In this document: in pieces, positions 1-13,780 of the stretch
Position numbering within the stretch: the stretch's first letter is position 1
How the letters are laid out: the number at the start of each line of letters is the position of its first letter
From: Pristiophorus japonicus
Taxonomy: Eukaryota
NCBI RefSeq assembly: GCF_044704955.1
Contig: NC_091991.1
Span: 21,328,001 to 21,392,000 of the forward strand
DNA length: 64,000 bases
Direction: 5' to 3'
Notes under the pieces: generated by a model
Database searches by the model: none
Told to the model about the DNA's origin: nothing
Seen by the model: only the letters and a program-made list of their open reading frames with translations
Made by a program: the position numbers and the translations under genes

Positions 1-925
1 ATCTCCAAGTTTGCAGATGACATTAAGCTGGGTGGCAGTGCGATCTGTGAGGAGGATGCTAAGAGGCAGGGGGACTTGGACAGGTTAGGTGAATGGGAAA
101 ATACAGGGCAGATGCAGTATAATGTGGCTAAGTGTGAGGTTATCCATTTTGGTTGCAAACAGGAAGGCAGATTATCTGAATGGTGACAGATTAATAAAAG
201 GGAAGGTGCAACGAGACCTGGGTGTCATGGTACATCGGTCATTGAAGGTAGGCATGCAGGTACAGCAGGCAGTAAAGGCGGCTAATGGCATGCTGGCTTT
301 CATAGCAAGGGGATTTGAGTACAGCAGCAGGGAGGTCTTACTGCAGTTGTACAGGGCCTTGATGAGACCCCACCTTGAGTACTGTGTACAGTTTTGGTCT
401 CCTAATTTGAGGAAGGACATTCTTGCTATAGAGGGAGTGCAGCGAAGGTTCACCAGACTGATTCCCGGGATGGCAGGACTGACATATGAAGAAAGACTGG
501 ATCGACTAGGCTTATATTCACTGGAATTTTTTTAGAAGAATGAGAGGGGATCTCATAGAAACATAACATTCTGACAGGATTGGACAGGTTAAATGCAGGA
601 AAAATGTTCCCGATGTTGGGGAAGTCCAGAACCAGGGGTCACAGTCTAAGGATAAGGGATAAGCCATTTAGGACCGAGATGAGGAGAAACTTCTTCACTC
701 AGAGAATTGTGAACCTGTGGAATTCTCTACCACATAAAGTTGTTGAGGCCAGTTCGTTAGATATATTCAAAAGGGATTTAGATGTAGCCCTTACGGCTAA
801 AAGGATCAAGGGGTATGGAGAGAAAGCAGGACTGGGGTACTGAAGTTGCATGATCAGCCATGATCATATTGAATGGTGGTGCAGGCTTGAATGGCCTGCT
901 CCTGCACCTACTTTCTATGTTTCTA
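1..925 (+). mobile_element. CR1-clade LINE, 3' part (RT C-terminus + 3' UTR)
   Basis: [34 protein letters not shown] motifs; tail TTCTATGTTTCTA; frameshifted. Confidence 0.92.
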
Positions 926-1362
926 ACGGATGGTTCGGAAAAGTGGGCCAGATGGACCAATAGTCTTCTGCCTAAATAAAATATTGTATGAAAAAGTAAA
1001 AAGAGTTTGCTACAGAATGCAAATAAGTTTTCTGCTTTAATGGAGGCATTTCCTAAAGGAATGTTAATATGAATCTCAAACAATATCTATTGAAATAAAA
1101 AGCACAGTTTACTGAGAAGTAATGTATGATTAGGACTAAGCTTTTTGCATGAAGAAACCAAGTAACGTGTCCAAAGGAGCAATAATTAAATCTTTTAAAA
1201 TACTATCCTGAGGAAGACACATTTTTCACTTCAAAGTTGAATTGTTTTTGAAGTATTTGAGTGCATTTTCATTTTAATTCTGTCATCTATTTCTGTTAGT
1301 GCAATAGTCATACACAGTATTTTATGCTGACAAATGATCAGGATACTCCGTCATTTGTTTTA

Positions 1363-1533
<171 letters not shown>

Positions 1534-2138
1534 TTAAAGGACACAAGAATTGTAAACATTCATTAGAACCAAGATTATGTTACAATTATGTGCAAAACAA
1601 CTACCTGAATTGCTGTTCTGAACTCCTGTTTTGTACAATTGACTTTCAATAAGCAAGTTGCGCACTTAGTATTTAAACCTGGAGCTCTGTTACAGTTTTA
1701 AATTACGAACAAAAGTATGTTTTGTATTTCAATAGCTCCAATTGTTAAGCACTGTGTTTTTGAGCAGACAATTGGAATATTTAGTTAGCGGAGTGCCTGT
1801 AAACTTGCCACCTTGGTTGGAACATTTCATCAATTTGTCAGCCTGTTGAATGAGGCAGAGCATTCCAAAGCACCCCATTGCTGCAATTTATTAACACACA
1901 TGTAGTGGTAAGGTACAAGTTCATTGCTGCAATTGCCTCATTGCTAGGGAATGGTGCAGTCAAGGAAGAGGGAATTCAGCACCACCTCACTCAAGTTGCA
2001 CCATTAATTGGTCAATTTTAAAACTTCTTTCAGTCAGTGGATGCAAGGGAACAAAAATACTGCTATATATACTGCTGTCAATCATTTTCTTCATCTTTCC
2101 AACTACAATCAGAAAGTAGTATAGAAATAAAACATTTA

Positions 2139-2405
<267 letters not shown>

Positions 2406-4044
2406 TCATATTTTTCTTATTTCCCTTGGGCATTTACATCCATTTAGTGTTAGCGTTTCTACCTACCAACCTAAAAAAACTAGCAGAAATCAACTAATGG
2501 CTTCAAAATAGTTCACAACTATAAATTCACTATGAATATAGGCTCATTAATAAGCCATCTGAAAGCAAACAATTGCACTGAAATGTCAAGGGACACAGAC
2601 TCATAACTTAAGCATCATCAATTGTAGGATAAAATACAATAGGATTTTGCAGCAGTGGTAGGTTTAGAAATTTCTGAAAGGGAATGTGATAATTGAAGAT
2701 GTGGGATTTATTTACTAAGAAAATGTTGTTTTTTGACTTTTTGTGCATTTGCCAGCATTCGAGTCTAATGTAATTCTGTCTTTCAAACCAAGAATAATTT
2801 ATCCTGGGATACAGATATTTTAAATGTGGAAAAGTAATTACACAGACTTCAAAACATCAGTTCCTTCTACTAAAAATGTAACCCCAAATAAACTATGCTG
2901 AAATATTTCACTACAGGCAACTACTAATAAATCCAACTGACTTAAGGTTCCCAACAGACCCGAATATGAACAATGCCAGGACCAAGCAATCCCGAGTCCC
3001 ACTTGGGAAACTGAAAGACTCACATGTAATAAATAGTAAGGTACCCAGAGAGAGCGGAGGAGAGCCAGCAGTATGAATGAATTTATGAAGCTGCCATTTT
3101 AGACCAGAGTATTGTCATTGCCATGCTGCCCAATAGAATTTCAAAACATTACACAAAGAACAGTTAAAACTAATTAAAACAGTTAGAGCAATGTTAACCA
3201 ATAGAAATTGCTGAGTAGCAATAGATATGGCTAAGGTGGCACCATATTAGCCACATGCACTACTTTTAGTAAAAAAAAAATGCCTTGCATTCACTCACAC
3301 AATACAGGTAAATGCACTTTGCATGTGTATATTTATGTAACACATTTCTGAGCTGTAGATTCCATGTAATTCAATGTAATCAGGAAATATAGTAAAGGAC
3401 ACAAAAAAGAGGGCTTGACAATATTGATCAAAGATACTGTTAGAAAGGGATGTTGTACTTGAGGGTTCAAAGACAGAATCTATTTGGTTAGAATTAATGA
3501 ACAGTAGAGGAGCTATTACACTGCTGGGTGTATGCTATAGGACACCAAATAGTGGAAAGGAGATAGAGGAGCAAATTTTAAGGCAAATTGCAGAAAGATG
3601 CAAGAACTATAGAGTAGTAATAATAATAGGGAATTTCAATGACCCTAATATCGACTGGGAAGATATAGGGCAAAAAGGGAGAGGATTCCTGAAATGTGCA
3701 CAAGAGAACTTTCTTGATCAGTGTGTTTCCTGCCCAAGAAAAGCAGTGCTAGATCTAGTTCTGGGGAATGAAGTGGGTCAATTGGAGCATGTTTCAGTGG
3801 GGAGCATTTGGGAAACAATGATCACAATATCATGAGGGAGAAAGGACAAACATCCAAAGCAAGAGCTCCCTGGATGACTAAAAGTAGAGAGATTAAAATA
3901 AAACAGAAAAAGGAGGCATATGATCAATGTCAGGTTTATAATTCAGTAGAGCAGGGGTTCTCAACCAGGGGCTCGCAAGAAGGTTTCAAGGGGTCCACCA
4001 AAGAAAGGATTACACAAACTAAAGCTGGTGCTTAATATCAGTAA

Positions 4045-7000
4045 TCATCAATGGCAGTCCTTTGGAATTGAGGAAGACTTGCTACCACTCCTAAGCATGA
4101 GTTATTTGGTTCTCGTATTGGACTGCACAGCCACCCAAGTCTCTGTCACGGGTGGGACAGACAGTGTTTGAGGGGAAGGGGTGGGCAGGGAGCCTGGTTT
4201 GCCGCACGCTCTTTCCGCTGCCTGCGCTTGATTTCTGAATGCTCTCGGCGACGATACTCGTGCAGCTCAGCACCCTCCCGGATGCACTTCCTCCACTTAG
4301 GGCGGTCTTTGGTCAGGGACTCCCAGGTGTCAGTGGGGATGTCGCACTTTATCAGGGAGGCTTTGAAGGTGTCCTTGTAACGTTTCCTCTTTTGCTCATT
4401 TGCTATGGACGAGTTCTGGGTAGAGCACTTGCTTTGGGAGTCTCGTGTCTGGCATGCGAACTATGTGGCCTGCCCAGTGGAGCTGATTAAGTGTGGTCAG
4501 TGCTTCAATGCTGGGGATGTTGGCCTGGATGAGGACGCTAATGTTGGTGCGTCCGTCCTCCCAGGGGATTTGTATGATCTTGGAGACATCGCTGGTGGTA
4601 TTTCTCCAGCGACTTGGTGTCTGCTGTACATGGTCCACACCTCAGCCATACAGGAGGGCAGGTATTACTACAGCCCTGTAAACCATGAGCTTGGTGACAG
4701 TTTCGAGGGCCTGGTCTTCAAACAGTCTTTTCCTCAGGCGGCTGAAGACTGCATTGGCGCACTGGAGGCGGTGTTGGATCTCATCGTCAATGCCTGTTCT
4801 TGCTGATAGAAGGCTCCCGAGATATGGGAAATGGTCCATGTTGTCCAGGACTGCGCTGTGGATCATGATGTCTGGGGGGCAATGCTGTGCGGCAAGGACA
4901 GGCTGATGGAGGACCTTTGTCTTACTGATGTTTAGCGTAAGACCCATGCTTTCATACGCCTCAGTAAATACATCGACTATGTCCTGGAGTTCAGCCTCTG
5001 TATGTGCGCAGACGCAGGCGCCATCCGTGTACTGTAGCTCGACGACAGAGGTTCGGGTGGTCTTGGACCTGGCCTGGAGACGGCGAAGGTTGAACAGCTT
5101 CCCACTGGTTCTGTAGTTTAGTTCCATTCCAGCTTGTCAACTGTGAGGTGAAGCATGGCAGCGAGGAAGATTGAGACGAGGGTTGGGGCAATGACGCAGC
5201 CCTGCTTGACCCCGGTTTGGACGTGGATTGGGTCAGTGATGGATCCGTTGGCAAGGATCACAACCTGCATGTCGTCGTGGAGCAGGCGGAGGATAGTGAC
5301 GTACTTTTGGGGGCATCCGAAACAGAGGAGGACGCTCCATAAACCCTCATAGTTAACAGTGTCAAAGAACTTTGTAAGGTCGAAGTCGGCCATGTAGAAG
5401 GGCTGGCACTATTCCCTGCAGCTGTCGCGCTGCAAAAATCATGTCCGTTGTACCCCGGAGGGGAAAAAATCCGCACTGCGACTCCGGGAGGAGCTCCTCG
5501 GCCACGGGGAGAAGACGGTTGAGGAGGACTCTAGCGACGACTTTCCCAGTGGCTGATAACAAGGAGATTCCTCTGTAGTTGCCGCAGTCGGACTTGGCCC
5601 CTTTTTTAAAGATGGTCATCTTTTAAAGATGATGTATCTTTGAGATCTTCCGGCATGCTCTCCTCCCTCGAGGGATGAGGTTGTGTATTCGCGCCAGCAG
5701 TGCCTTTCCGCCATACTTCAGTGCCTCAGCAGGGATTCCATCCGCTCCCGTAGCCTTGTTGTTTCTTTAGCTGTCTTATGGCTTTTTCTACCTTATGCAG
5801 TGTTAGGGTCTCACTGAGGTGGTGGCAGGTAGCATGCTGTGAAATAGAGTCGCGAACACTCGAGTCAAAGGCAGAGTCTCAATTGAGGAGATCTTCAAAG
5901 TGCTCCTTCCAGCGGGCCCTTACTGCCTCGGTGTCCTTGATGAGTGTTTCCCCACTCTTGGACAGCAGTGGGGTGGGGCCTTGGGAGTTTGGACCGTAGG
6001 TAGCCTTGACTGCGATGAAGACTCCTCGCACATAATGGCTGCCAGCCAGCTGCTGTATCTCCTGTGCTTTCTCCATCCACCACCTGTTCTTTAGGTCCCG
6101 GGTTCTTTTGATGGACCCTAGCCTTCAACCGTCTGTAATGCTGCTTTGCTGCTCCAGAGTTGGGTTGCTGTTTAAGGCTCAGAAATGCCCTGCGCTTGCA
6201 ATCTATTAGCTCTTGAATCTCCTGATCATTCTCACCAAACCAGTCCTGGTGTTTCCTGGTTGAGTGACCGAGCATCTCTTTGCAGGCACTGGTTATGGAG
6301 GCCTGGAGGGCAGACCAAGCTCTGTGGGCATTCTGCATCTCAGGGTCATCAAGGCACGCCAGGTTAGCTGTGAGGCGCTGACTGTATAGGGCTCTCTTAG
6401 CTGGGTCATTAAGTGCCCCGGCATTGACTTTTTTGCGACACTGCTTCTGCTGTCCCCTCCGCTTTGGGGCTTTGTTGATGTCAATGATGGATCGGATTAG
6501 GCGGTGGTCTTTCCAGCAGTCGTCAGCTCCTGTCATGGCACGGGTGATGCGCACATCCTTGCGATCCCTGGCTTGGACAGTGACATAGTCGAACAGGTGC
6601 CAGTGTTTGGAGCAAGGGTGTTGCCATGATGTCTTGTATTTGTCCCTCTGGCGGAACAAGATGTTGATGACAAGTTCATGCTCTAGACATTTTGTCAGAA
6701 GAAGGGTACCCCTGGAATTGACTTTCCCTACCCCCTCTATGCCAATCATGCCTCCCCAGAGGTCTGTGCCCTTGCCGACCCTGGCATTGAAGTTGCTGAG
6801 GAGGATCAGTTTGTCGTCCGCGGGGACACAGGTCAGGGATTTTGAGATTGGAGTAAAAACCCTCTTTGGCCTCATCTGTTGCATCGAGTGTTGGGGCGTA
6901 AGCACTGATGACTGTCGCGCACTGGCTCCGGGATAGGGTGAGTCGAAGCATCATGAGGTATTCAATAGCTCCGCAGGGGGAGTCTTTGAGGCGGTCGACC

Positions 7001-7085
7001 AGCTTGTTTTTGAAGGCGAAGCAGACTCCATGGAGGCGGTGTTCTGCCTCTGGTTTCCCTTTCCAGAAGATGGTATAATCTCCAC
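4045..7085 (-). mobile_element. RTE (BovB-like) LINE, degenerate APE+RT
   Basis: ISAYAPTL, SWQHP.SKHWHLFDY, NYRGISLLS, GVKQGCVIAPTL, FPYLGS motifs. 14-bp TSD CTTAATATCAGTAA at 4031-4044 and 7086-7099. Confidence 0.93.
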
Positions 7086-8153
7086 CTTAATATCAGTAAC
7101 CAAACCAAGAATGGTGCTGCTGCCTAGTGGCTTCGCTTGGAACTGCAACTGTAAAGATTTCAAATGGAGTAGAGTTTCAGTCTCTGGTTTATTCACTTCA
7201 ACAGAGTTCTCGAGTGTTCCTCACACTGAACTACACAGGGGTAGAGAATCGATGCACGGACAATTCCCCTTCAGTTGCCGGCCTATATAATTGGATCTGG
7301 TGAACATGAAGCAGATTAAACTGTTGCTCAGGTTCATCCATTTATTTTGTGTTTTTCAATGTCCCAGCTGATACTTTCTGCCTCTACTGCAAAATGTCTG
7401 CAACAGAACATCGGGATTTGCAGATGAAAATCCCTTTCACTTAACTGTTCAATCTCCAATAGCCTCCAACCCCAGTAGCCCCTTAGAATCAATAATAAAC
7501 ATAATGTGATACTTGGGGCAGCACCATACAAAAGAAAGGGAACATATTGAGGGAGAGTAAAGCAAGAATTTGAACTCCTCAGATCCTTTTAGGAACTGTG
7601 ACAGTTAAACACAACAACAGACTCATTTAGAGCTGGGCACTGCAGTGAACAGAACGGGGGAGGGCCAACTGAGAGATCAATGTAGAATCCATTCCTCCCC
7701 CAACAGTAAAAACTGGACTATTAAATATAAAAATTCCAAACTACATTACAGCCCGCAAAAAGAGCTGGGCAGGAAAAGGTTAATTCAAACATTGCAGACA
7801 AACCATCAGACATCATGAGACACAATGATACAGGCTATCTGCCATCAATCTAAATCACCAGACAATGGCATCAAGAGAGAGACATTCATTATCAGAGCAC
7901 CAGAAGAGAGACAACCACATTTCCAATGGTGTTCTGTCTGTACCAAGGAGTGGAATCCACACAGACAATGGCATCAAAAGAGGGACATTCACACATTCGA
8001 TGGTCCCTGCCATTGCAGCGAAACTATGACTCATCGAGAGATTGGACATCATCAGAGCACCAGAAAAGACATTCACACCTTCAATGGTTTTCTGTCTGAC
8101 ATTCACACATTCCTCAACCATAGATACGAAGGAAGGCTTTGCATTGTGTTGCA

Positions 8154-9014
8154 TCATCATCATAGGCAGTCCCTTGGAATCAATAAAGACTTGGTTCCAC
8201 TCTTAAAAATGAGTCTTTAGGTGGCTGAACAGTCCAATACGAGAACCACAGTCCCTATCACAGGTGGGACAGATTGTCGTTGAGAGAAAGGGTGGGTGGG
8301 ACTGGTTTGCCGCACGCTCTTTCCGCTGCCTGCGCTTGATTTCTGCATGCTCTCGGCGATGAGACTAGAGATACTCAGCGCCCTCCCGGATGCACTTCCT
8401 CCACTTAGGGCGGTCTTGGCCAAGGACTCCCAGGTGTCGGTGGGGATGTTGCACTTTAGGGAGACTTTGAGGGTGTCCTTGTAACTTTCCTCTGCCCACA
8501 TTTAGCTCGATTGCCTTGAAGGAGTTCAGAATAGAGCGCTTGCTTTGGGAGTCTTGTGCCTGGCATGCGAACAATGTGGCCTGCCCAGCGGAGCTGATCA
8601 AGTGTGGTCAGTGCTTCAATGCTGGTGATGTTGGCCTGGTCAAGGATGCAAACGTTGGTGCGTCTGTCCTTCCAGGGTATTTGCAGGATCTTGCAGAGAC
8701 ATAGTTGGTGGTATTTTGCCAGTGACTTGAGGTGTCTACTGTACATGGTCCATGTCTGAGCCGTACAGGAGGGCAAGTATTACAACAGCCCTGTAGACCA
8801 TGAGCTTTGTGGCAGATTTGAGGGCCTGGTCTTCAAACACTCTTGCACATCATCATAGGCAGTTCCTTGAAATCGAAGATTGCTTCCACTCTATAAGTGA
8901 GTTCTCAGGTGACTGTACAGTCCAATACGGGAATTACAGTCTGTCACAGGTGGGGCAGACAGTCGTTGAAGGTGGTCGGTACTTCGATACTGGGAATGTT
9001 GGCCAGGTTGACCC
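8154..9014 (-). mobile_element. Two tandem RTE LINE 3' fragments
   Basis: LRWAGHIVRMP..RLPKQALYSEL; two (CAT)n tails at ~8152 and ~8848; outer TSD GTGTTGCA (8146-8153, 9015-9022). Confidence 0.85.
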
Positions 9015-10751
9015 GTGTTGCACAGCAGGAGAGCTGATATCACAGGAGGGAACAGAAAATCAGTTTTGAGATCACAAGCTGGTTTTTGGTATAAAGACCC
9101 ATTTTTCGAAGGCAAGGAAGCAGTACAGGAACAGAATCGAATCAGCAACAGAAGCCAGCACTGCAACCAAGAGCCCACAGTCAACCTCAGAAGACAGCCA
9201 AGGAATTGGTGATTGTATGTTTGTTCCAGCCAAATCATACAAGGATTTTGTGATTGGGTCTCGGTAACTTTATGTGTAGCAGTCAAATCGCGAACGGCTT
9301 TAACGGTGTCGAGTTGTGCCAATGCAAATGACCCTTTCGTAGGGATTTGTATTCTGGGGTTTGTAAGTCCCATTTAAATCCTGAAGTATTTATACAGGGG
9401 AGGTAATTGAGTGCATGTTCAGTAAACAAACAAATCTCGGTTTAGCCAAAACCCTGTGCTTTGTGTATTTTGTTCTTAGAAGTCCTGACGTCAAAGAACT
9501 GTGTAACGGGGAACTAGGTATTTAGAAACCCTTACACAGTAAACCAGTACAGGGTCCAGATATGGATTCCAAACTCGATCCCCGACAGGCAGACTCTATT
9601 GACCTGACTGCAGAGTGTTTATGTGCATGTTGATAGAACCAAGGGTTACGGACACCCATATGTGTCCAAGTGTCCCACTGAAGTTTACCCATTTACCAGG
9701 CTGTTTCCCAGTACAGAGCACTGGGATGGTTCTTGCTGGTCGTCTCCAGGTAATGCCTCCTGCGGTTGTCCTCCCAAGTTTCAGAGTTTCCACGATAGCC
9801 ATAAGATGGGGTAACTGCCTTTAGCGCGGTGGGTGAGGTTACACAGGGCCAATGGCAGGACGTCAGTAGCCTTAATATTCTCGATGTTTAAATCTAGTTC
9901 CATTTACCAGGTTCACTCACCAACAACGATGACGACGTCCACGTCCAGGGGTCCATGTCAGAGAATTTAACAGAGGTATCCTCACCTTGAAATTGATGCT
10001 CCCTCACAGTTACTCAATCACAGTTTGGGTTTGCCCAGAGTCTTCCCTCCGTGAAACAAGTTCCCTTCTTTTGCCTGAAAGCTACCTCATAACTAGGGTT
10101 GTGGATCCGGTAAATGGAGCAGAAAGAGTCCTTCTACTACATATCTAGGAGTTCAGATCTTCACAACTTAACAAAATTGTTGCTCAGCACCAGCAACAAG
10201 TTTCACATTAAGTAAAACAAAGATAATATACATGTTTAATTGTTAAGCTAATTAAAAAAAAAAGTGTGTGTGTTACAGGGACCCATGGATTTTTCATAAC
10301 ATGGGAGGGGTCCTCAGAAACGAAAAGTTTAAGAACCCCTGCAGTAGAGAACCAAGCTTAATACAGAAAGTACAGAGGAGAACTGAAAAAGGAATTAAGA
10401 GGAACAAAGAATATATGAGTATAGGTTAACAGGTAACATAAAAGGGAACCCAAAAGTCTTTTATGAACATATAAATAACAAAAAGGGTCATCAAAGGATG
10501 GGGCCAATTAGGGCCCAAAATGGAGATCTTCTTTTGGAGATAGAGGGCATGGCTGAGGTACTAAATGAGTACTTTGTATCTGCCTTCACTAAAGAGGATG
10601 CTGCCAATGTCACAGTAAAGGAGGAGGTAGTAGAGAAAGTAGATAGATTAAAAAAATAGATAAAGAGGAGGTCCTTCAAAGGTTAGCAGCACTTACAAAG
10701 TAGAAAAATCTCTCGGTACCAATGGGATGCATCCTAGGCTGCTGAGGGAAG

Positions 10752-11140
10752 CACTGTCTTCCTTTGTCCCTCATGGGAATGTGTCTAGTTTGTACCTGAA
10801 CTATTTCCTCTTTGAAGGCCTCCAATTGCTCATTTACTGTTTTACCTGACAATCTTTGATTCCAATCCACCTGGGTCAGATTTCTTTCCAAGTCATTGAA
10901 ACGAGCTCTCCTCCAGTTGAGTATTTTTACATTAGATTTTTTTTACCTGTCCTTTTCCATAACTACTCTAAACCTCATGATATTGCGATCACTTTTTCCC
11001 CCAAATGTTCTTCCACTAAAGCATGTTCCACTTGACCCACTGAATTCCCCAGAACTAGATCCAGCACTGCTTCCTTCCTCGTTGGGCTAGAAACACACTG
11101 ATCAAAAAAGTTCCCATGTACACATTTCAGGAATTCCTCC
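10752..11140 (-). mobile_element. CR1 endonuclease-region fragment, inverted relative to the adjoining CR1
   Basis: EFLKCV..FFDQCVS.PTR..LDLVLG and LTQVDWNQRLSGK..EAFKEEI on the minus strand. Confidence 0.75.
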
Positions 11141-11231
11141 ACAAAAGCAAAATACTGTGGATTCTGGAATCTGGAATAAAATCAGAAAATGCTGGAAATC
11201 TCAGCAGGTCAGGCAGCATCTGTGGAGAGAA

Positions 11232-11274
11232 ACAGAGTTAACGTTTCGGGTCGATGACCCTTCATCAGAACTGG
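11232..11274 (-). ncRNA. Minimal hammerhead ribozyme-like motif in the Penelope terminal region
   Basis: CTGATGA-a-GGGTC-atc-GACCC-GAAAC-GTTA: conserved core, 5-bp stem II, palindromic AACGTT stem III as in PLE minimal hammerheads; stem I pairing is weak. Confidence 0.6.
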
Positions 11275-12139
11275 AGAGTGTTCGGAAAGAACAGGTTCTT
11301 AACAAGCACTGAAAGAGGGAGAGGAAGTAAGAACAAAAGGGAAGGTCTGTGATAGGTTGGAAGACAAGAGAGATTAGAGAGACAAAAGGGATGATGGCCC
11401 AAATTCAAATGCTAATGCCAGGAGTTAGAAACACATTAGTCAAGATAGGGTGTGAATGATGGGATAATGACCAACTGCCATTAGAGACAAGGAGAAGAAA
11501 AGAAAGAAACAGGCTCTGGGGGGGGGGGCAGTGGGGGGAAGGAGCCAAAGATTGGCAGCGGTTACATTCTGAAATTGTTGAACTCGATGTTGAGTCCAGA
11601 AGGCTGTAAAGTGCCTAAACGAAAGATGAGGTGCTGTTCTTCGAGCTTGCGTTGAGCTTCGTTGGAACAGTGTAGGCGACCAAGGACAGAGGTCGGAGTG
11701 GGAGTGGAGCGGGGAATTAAAAAGTGACAGGTGACCGGAAGCTCAGTGTCACACTTGCAGACTGAAAGAGGTGCTCTGCAAAGCGGTCACCCAATCTACG
11801 CTTGATCTCCCCAATGTAGAGGAGACCACATCGTGAGCAGCGAATACAGTATACTAAATTGAAAGAAGTACAAGTAAATCGCTGCGTCACCTGGAAGATG
11901 TATTTGGGGCTCTGAATAGTGGGAAGGGAGGAGGTAAAAGGGCAGGTGTGGCATCTCCTGCGCTTGCACACAAAGGTGCCGTGGGAAGGGAAGGGGTGCT
12001 GGGGGTGACTGTGGAATGGACCAGTGTGTCGCGGAGGGAGAGGTCCCTTCGGAATGCTGAGAGGGGAGGGGAAGATGTGATTGGTGGTGGGATCACGCTG
12101 GCAGAGGATGATCCATTGAACGTGGAGGCTGGTGGGTGA

Positions 12140-12735
12140 AACATAAGAACGTAAGAAATAAGAGCAGGAGTAGACCATTCGGCCCCTCGAGCCTGCTCGG
12201 CCATTTAATAAGATCATGGCTGATCCAATCATGGACTCAGCTCCACTTCCCCGCCCGCTCCCCATAACCCCTTACCGTTTAAGAAACTGTCTATTTCTGC
12301 TTAAATTTATTCAATGACCCAGCTTCCACAGCTCTCTGAGGCAGCGAATTCCACAGATTTACAACCCTCAGAAGAAATTTCTCCTCATCGCAGTTTTAAA
12401 TGGGCGGCCCTTTATTCTAAGATCATGCCCTCTAGTTCTAGTCTCCCCCATCAGTGGAAACATCCTCTCTGCATCCACCTTGTCAAGCCCCCTCATAATC
12501 TTATATGTTTCGATAAGATCACCTCTCAATCTTCTGAATTCCAATGAGTAGAGGCCCAACTTACTCAACCTTTCCTTATAGGTCAACCCCCTCATCTCTG
12601 GATCAACCTAGTGAACCTTCTCTGAACTGTCTCCAAAGCAAGTATATCCTTTTGTAAATATGGAAACCAAAACTGCACGCAGTATTCCAGGTGTAACCTC
12701 ACCAATATCTTGTATAGCTGTAGCAAGACTTCCCT
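12140..12735 (-). mobile_element. CR1 3' fragment inserted in the Penelope-like element
   Basis: [26 protein letters not shown]; (CTTATGTT)-type tail at 12140-12160. Confidence 0.9.
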
Positions 12736-13780
12736 GGTGAGGACAAAGGGAACCCTGTCGTGGTTCTGAGAGGGAGAGGGCGAGAGCAGAGGTGGGGAAA
12801 TAGCACGGATACGGTCGAGAGTCATGTTAACCATGGCAGAGGGGAATCCACTGTTAAGGAAAAAGGAAGACATATCAGAGGCACTAGTGAGAAAGGTGGC
12901 GTCGTCAGAGCAGATGTGACAGAGACGAAGAAATTAGGAGAATGGAATGGAGTCCTTACAGGATGTGGGGTGGGAGGAAGTGTAGTCCAGGTAGCTGTGG
13001 GAGTCAGTGGGCTATAGTGGATACTGGTCAAAAGCCTATCCCCAGAGATGGAGACGGAGAAGTCGAGGAAGGGAAGGAAAGAGTCGAAGATGGACCAGGT
13101 GAAGGTGAGGGAAGGGAGGAAATTGGATGCAAAATGAATGAAATTTTCAAGTTCAGGGCGAGAGCAGGAAACGGCACTGATACAGTCGTCAATGTACTGG
13201 GAAAAAAGGTGAGGGAGGGGATCTGAGTAGGACTGGAACAAAGAATGTTCCACATATCCCATGAAAAGGCAGGCATAGCTAGGACCTATGTGGGTTCCCA
13301 TAGCAACACCTTTAATTTGGAGAAAGTGAGTGGAGTTAAGGAGAAGTTGTTCAATGTGAGAACAAGTTCAGCCAGGCGGAGGAGGGTGATGGATGGGGAC
13401 TGGTTGGGCCTCTGCTCGAGGAAGAAGCAGAGCACCCTCAGGCCATCCTGGTGGGGGATGGAAGTGTAGAGGGATTGCACGTCCATGGTGAAAAGGAGAC
13501 AGTTGGGGCCGGGAAACTGGAAACTGTTAAGGTGACGGAGGGCGTCGGAGGCGTCGCAAGTAGTATGAGTAGGTGGCAAGAGAGTGGACAACGGGAGAAA
13601 AAAAAAAAAAAGAGTCGAGATAGGAAGAAATAGATTCTAGCTATGGGGCAAGAGCAGGGGCGTGGAACTGATTGGAGAGCTCTTTCAAAGAACCAACATT
13701 GGCACAGTGGGCCGAATGACCTCCTTCTGTGCTGTGTCATTCTGTGAGTCTACCTAACATCTACCACTATTCAGTAACCA

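Larger units (their letters stand above)
3952..10341 (+). mobile_element. Non-autonomous hAT (Buster/Charlie-like) DNA transposon carrying nested insertions
   Basis: TIRs CAGGGGTTCTCAAC / GTTTAAGAACCCCTG, perfect 8-bp TSD CAGTAGAG (3944-3951, 10342-10349). Residual NKIVAQHQQQVSH* (10170-10211) resembles the Buster-type transposase C-terminus. Confidence 0.8.
3395..10750 (+). mobile_element. Old CR1 LINE fragment (endonuclease/linker region) split by a hAT element (CR1 parts 3395-3951 and 10342-10750)
   Basis: GVCYRTPNS, LDLVLGNE, PWMT motifs. CR1-like sequence resumes after the duplicated CAGTAGAG. Confidence 0.8.
11142..13590 (-). mobile_element. Penelope-like element (RT + GIY-YIG endonuclease, degenerate), interrupted by CR1 at 12140-12735
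   Basis: LFTMDVQSLYTSIPH, MGTHIGPSYACLFMG, YIDDC (PLE RT); FTCTSFNLVYCIRCSRCGLLYIGE.KRRL..RFAEH (GIY-YIG); pseudo-LTR-type end at 11142-11290. Confidence 0.9.

Noticed and set aside
7825-8220. His/Cys-containing ORF with repeats resembling zinc fingers
   Set aside because: No C2H2 spacing; the periodicity comes from short nucleotide repeats, and the ORF runs into an RTE tail.
9250-9970. Cys-rich stretches on the + strand (CQCK.PF, CLCAC, CGCPPKF) suggesting a captured viral or EGF-like gene
   Set aside because: Frames are short and full of stops, there is no coherent motif, and the region has LTR-like non-coding signals; likely chance.
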